Shown piece by piece: positions 63,330 through 64,000 of a DNA stretch of 64,000 nucleotides. Both the position numbers and the translations under genes were made by a program. The notes beneath the pieces were generated by a model that worked only from the letters and a program-made list of their open reading frames with translations, ran no database searches and was not told the DNA's origin. This DNA comes from an uncultured delta proteobacterium. Lineage in GTDB: Bacteria > Desulfobacterota > Binatia > UBA9968. Numbering within the stretch: the stretch's first letter is position 1; every line of letters starts with the position of its first letter. The stretch covers positions 224,001-288,000 of the forward strand of contig CAVTUQ010000007.1 of assembly GCA_963737905.1 (NCBI GenBank), written 5' to 3'.

Positions 63330-63478
63330 AGACTCCGGATCATATTTTAAATGCCGGTTTCATTGCAAACATTATTTCAGGAACGCAAGCGCGCTTGACA
63401 CCGGCGAGGGCTATTTGTACAGCATCAAAGATCACATAGAAAATTCTCTTTGAGTTCTATGCGTTCTCTGCGGTCGCC

Positions 63479-64000
63479 CTATTCCCAAGGTTGTTCTTGG
63501 GCGGCATTTGTTCCCGCGATTTTCCCCGCGACAAAGCATTCGGTAATGTTGCCGGCTTCTAAATAGAGATGGCCGTAGATGGAGCTGATCTCACCGGCGA
63601 CGTAGAGGCGCGGAATAGGTTTCTTCATCGGATCCAAGACGCGCTGTTTAGCGTCATGCTCCGGCCCGCCCTGGGTGTTATTCACGATGGGCCAGGCTTC
63701 GACGATATAGAAGGGTGGGGTGGCAATAGGCATCATCGTCTTCGGCGGCCTTTTGAAATCGCTGTCCTGAGTTTCACCGCAGAGCGAATTCCAGCGGTCG
63801 ACAGTCGTTTTCAGAACCTTTGGGTTTACATCGATTTGCCCGGCGATTTCCTCGATTGAATTCCCTTTCTTGATCCATCCCTTGTCGACTTCCGCGAGAT
63901 TGTCTTCACTCCATTTGGCATCATAACGTTCGTCATTGACGATGGGTATGCCGATGGGCCCGAGCTTCCGGCCTTCTTCATCGAAGATCAGATAGCAGGG
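63479..64000 (-). CDS. FAD-binding dehydrogenase (fumarate reductase flavoprotein / KstD-like), C-terminal part
   Basis: 'NTQGGP...RVLD...PIPRLYVAGE', 'G.IAG'; runs off the window end. Confidence 0.8.
   Translation of the reverse strand, partial: PCYLIFDEEGRKLGPIGIPIVNDERYDAKWSEDNLAEVDKGWIKKGNSIEEIAGQIDVNPKVLKTTVDRWNSLCGETQDSDFKRPPKTMMPIATPPFYIVEAWPIVNNTQGGPEHDAKQRVLDPMKKPIPRLYVAGEISSIYGHLYLEAGNITECFVAGKIAGTNAAQEQPWE

Overview
GC-rich bacterial chromosomal window. The gene content (many TctC/NMT1-type solute-binding proteins, amidohydrolase, thiolase/DUF35, Mo enzymes) is typical of Deltaproteobacteria-like lineages such as Binatia; the taxon is inferred. The first ~12 kb is an accessory region. 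It starts with an imuB-like Y-family polymerase gene carrying an in-frame 9-bp tandem repeat, followed by a decayed four-helix-bundle gene bracketed by inverted GTTCAA/TTGAAC repeats, an orphan higA and an integron integrase. The integrase is co-oriented with and upstream of its cassette array, and its catalytic Tyr reads as Cys. The array holds three toxin-antitoxin-type pairs, DUF1353, YukJ-LTD, GT2-GtrA and a GH19 lysozyme plus LprI inhibitor pair, with increasingly degenerate attC sites. The rest is core and catabolic: recQ, mutS-amiC-glnD-xerD-S2P-trpS-scpAB-rluB, moeB, opp genes split by accBC, an Xdh large subunit, S1/P1 nuclease-Anbu-transglutaminase, an Fe-S/NrfD plus molybdopterin oxidoreductase, GST and thiolase. 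Many single-base frameshifts in otherwise intact genes suggest long-read indel errors. All family assignments come from motif recognition only; no searches were run.
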